Below are positions 63,570 through 64,000 of a DNA stretch of 64,000 nt, piece after piece (within the stretch, counting starts at the first letter, position 1; each line of letters begins with the position of its first letter). The notes under the pieces are model-generated. The model ran no database searches, was not told the DNA's origin, and was given only the letters and a program-made list of their open reading frames with translations. Made by a program: the position numbers and the translations under genes. Source of the stretch: Heptranchias perlo (taxonomy: Eukaryota); contig NC_090350.1 in assembly GCF_035084215.1 (NCBI RefSeq), positions 11,842,001 through 11,906,000 of the forward strand, in the 5' to 3' direction.

Positions 63570-64000
63570 TGCCTTGGCTCAAGGGTAGAGCACTCTTGTC
63601 CCTGACCCTCAAAGTTGTGGATTCAAGCCTCACTCCAGGACTTGAGCACATTATCTCAGCTGACACTTCAGTGCAGTACTGAGGGAGTGCTGCACTGTCG
63701 GAGGTGGCATCTTTTGGATGAGACGTTCAGCCTGCCTGTTGAGATGGTTGTAAAAGATCCCACAGCATTATTCAAAGAAGAGCAGGGAAAGTTTACTGGT
63801 GTCCTGGCCAACACCCATCCCTCAACCAGTGCCACCAAAACAGATAACCTGGTGATTTATCTCATCTGCCGTTTGCAGGACCTTGCTTTGCATAAATTGG
63901 CTGCCACATTTGCCTACATAACAGCACTGTATTTTGAATGTAATTTAATGGCTATGAAGTTCTTTTATTGCCTCGGGTCGTGAAAGGCACCATGTAAATG
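63570..64000 (+). mobile_element. Near full-length tRNA-derived SINE (DeuSINE/SacSINE1-like)
   Basis: ttggctcaagggtag (A box), ggattcaagcc (B box), cagtgcagtactgagggagtgctgcactgtcggaggtg core, L2-like tail. Confidence 0.75.

Noticed and set aside
63570-63640. tRNA gene
   Set aside because: The A and B boxes belong to a SINE head and no cloverleaf can be drawn. The same applies at 22090 and 57625.
1-64000. CRISPR arrays, operons or other prokaryotic systems
   Set aside because: The sequence is vertebrate intron/exon DNA and has no regularly spaced repeat-spacer array.

Overview
Eukaryotic, vertebrate DNA, most likely a cartilaginous fish (inferred from the CR1, L2, DeuSINE-like and Penelope repeats and the divergence of the gene from its human orthologue). 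The window lies inside one + strand gene, INPP5B (inositol polyphosphate 5-phosphatase B). Thirteen phase-compatible GT-AG exons between 29470 and 63431 encode the linker, the whole 5-phosphatase domain and the ASH domain. The PH-domain exons and RhoGAP-like exons lie outside the window. The first ~29 kb is one large intron holding two nests of mobile elements. (1) A CR1 LINE (~4.4-14.5 kb) is split by an antisense, internally deleted endogenous retrovirus (6664-13713). The provirus has an in-frame UGA-CUA gag/pol junction, a foamy/loki-like RT N-terminus and a non-gamma-type Env that appears to carry an N-terminal Ig-like domain. It has itself received a twin-primed, 5'-inverted Tx1 LINE with a 17-bp TSD, a 210-bp-arm palindromic Penelope remnant with hammerhead motifs, and a CR1 tail. 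(2) A GalEa-like Ty1/copia element (18141-21230; two LTRs, 5-bp TSD, tRNA-iMet PBS, RT deleted) sits inside another CR1. The remaining introns hold CR1/L2 fragments, tRNA-derived SINEs, Harbinger-type MITEs and two more palindromic Penelope remnants. Most ORFs in the supplied track are repeat-derived or spurious. Family assignments come from motif recognition by eye and no database search was run. Boundaries of old repeats are approximate.
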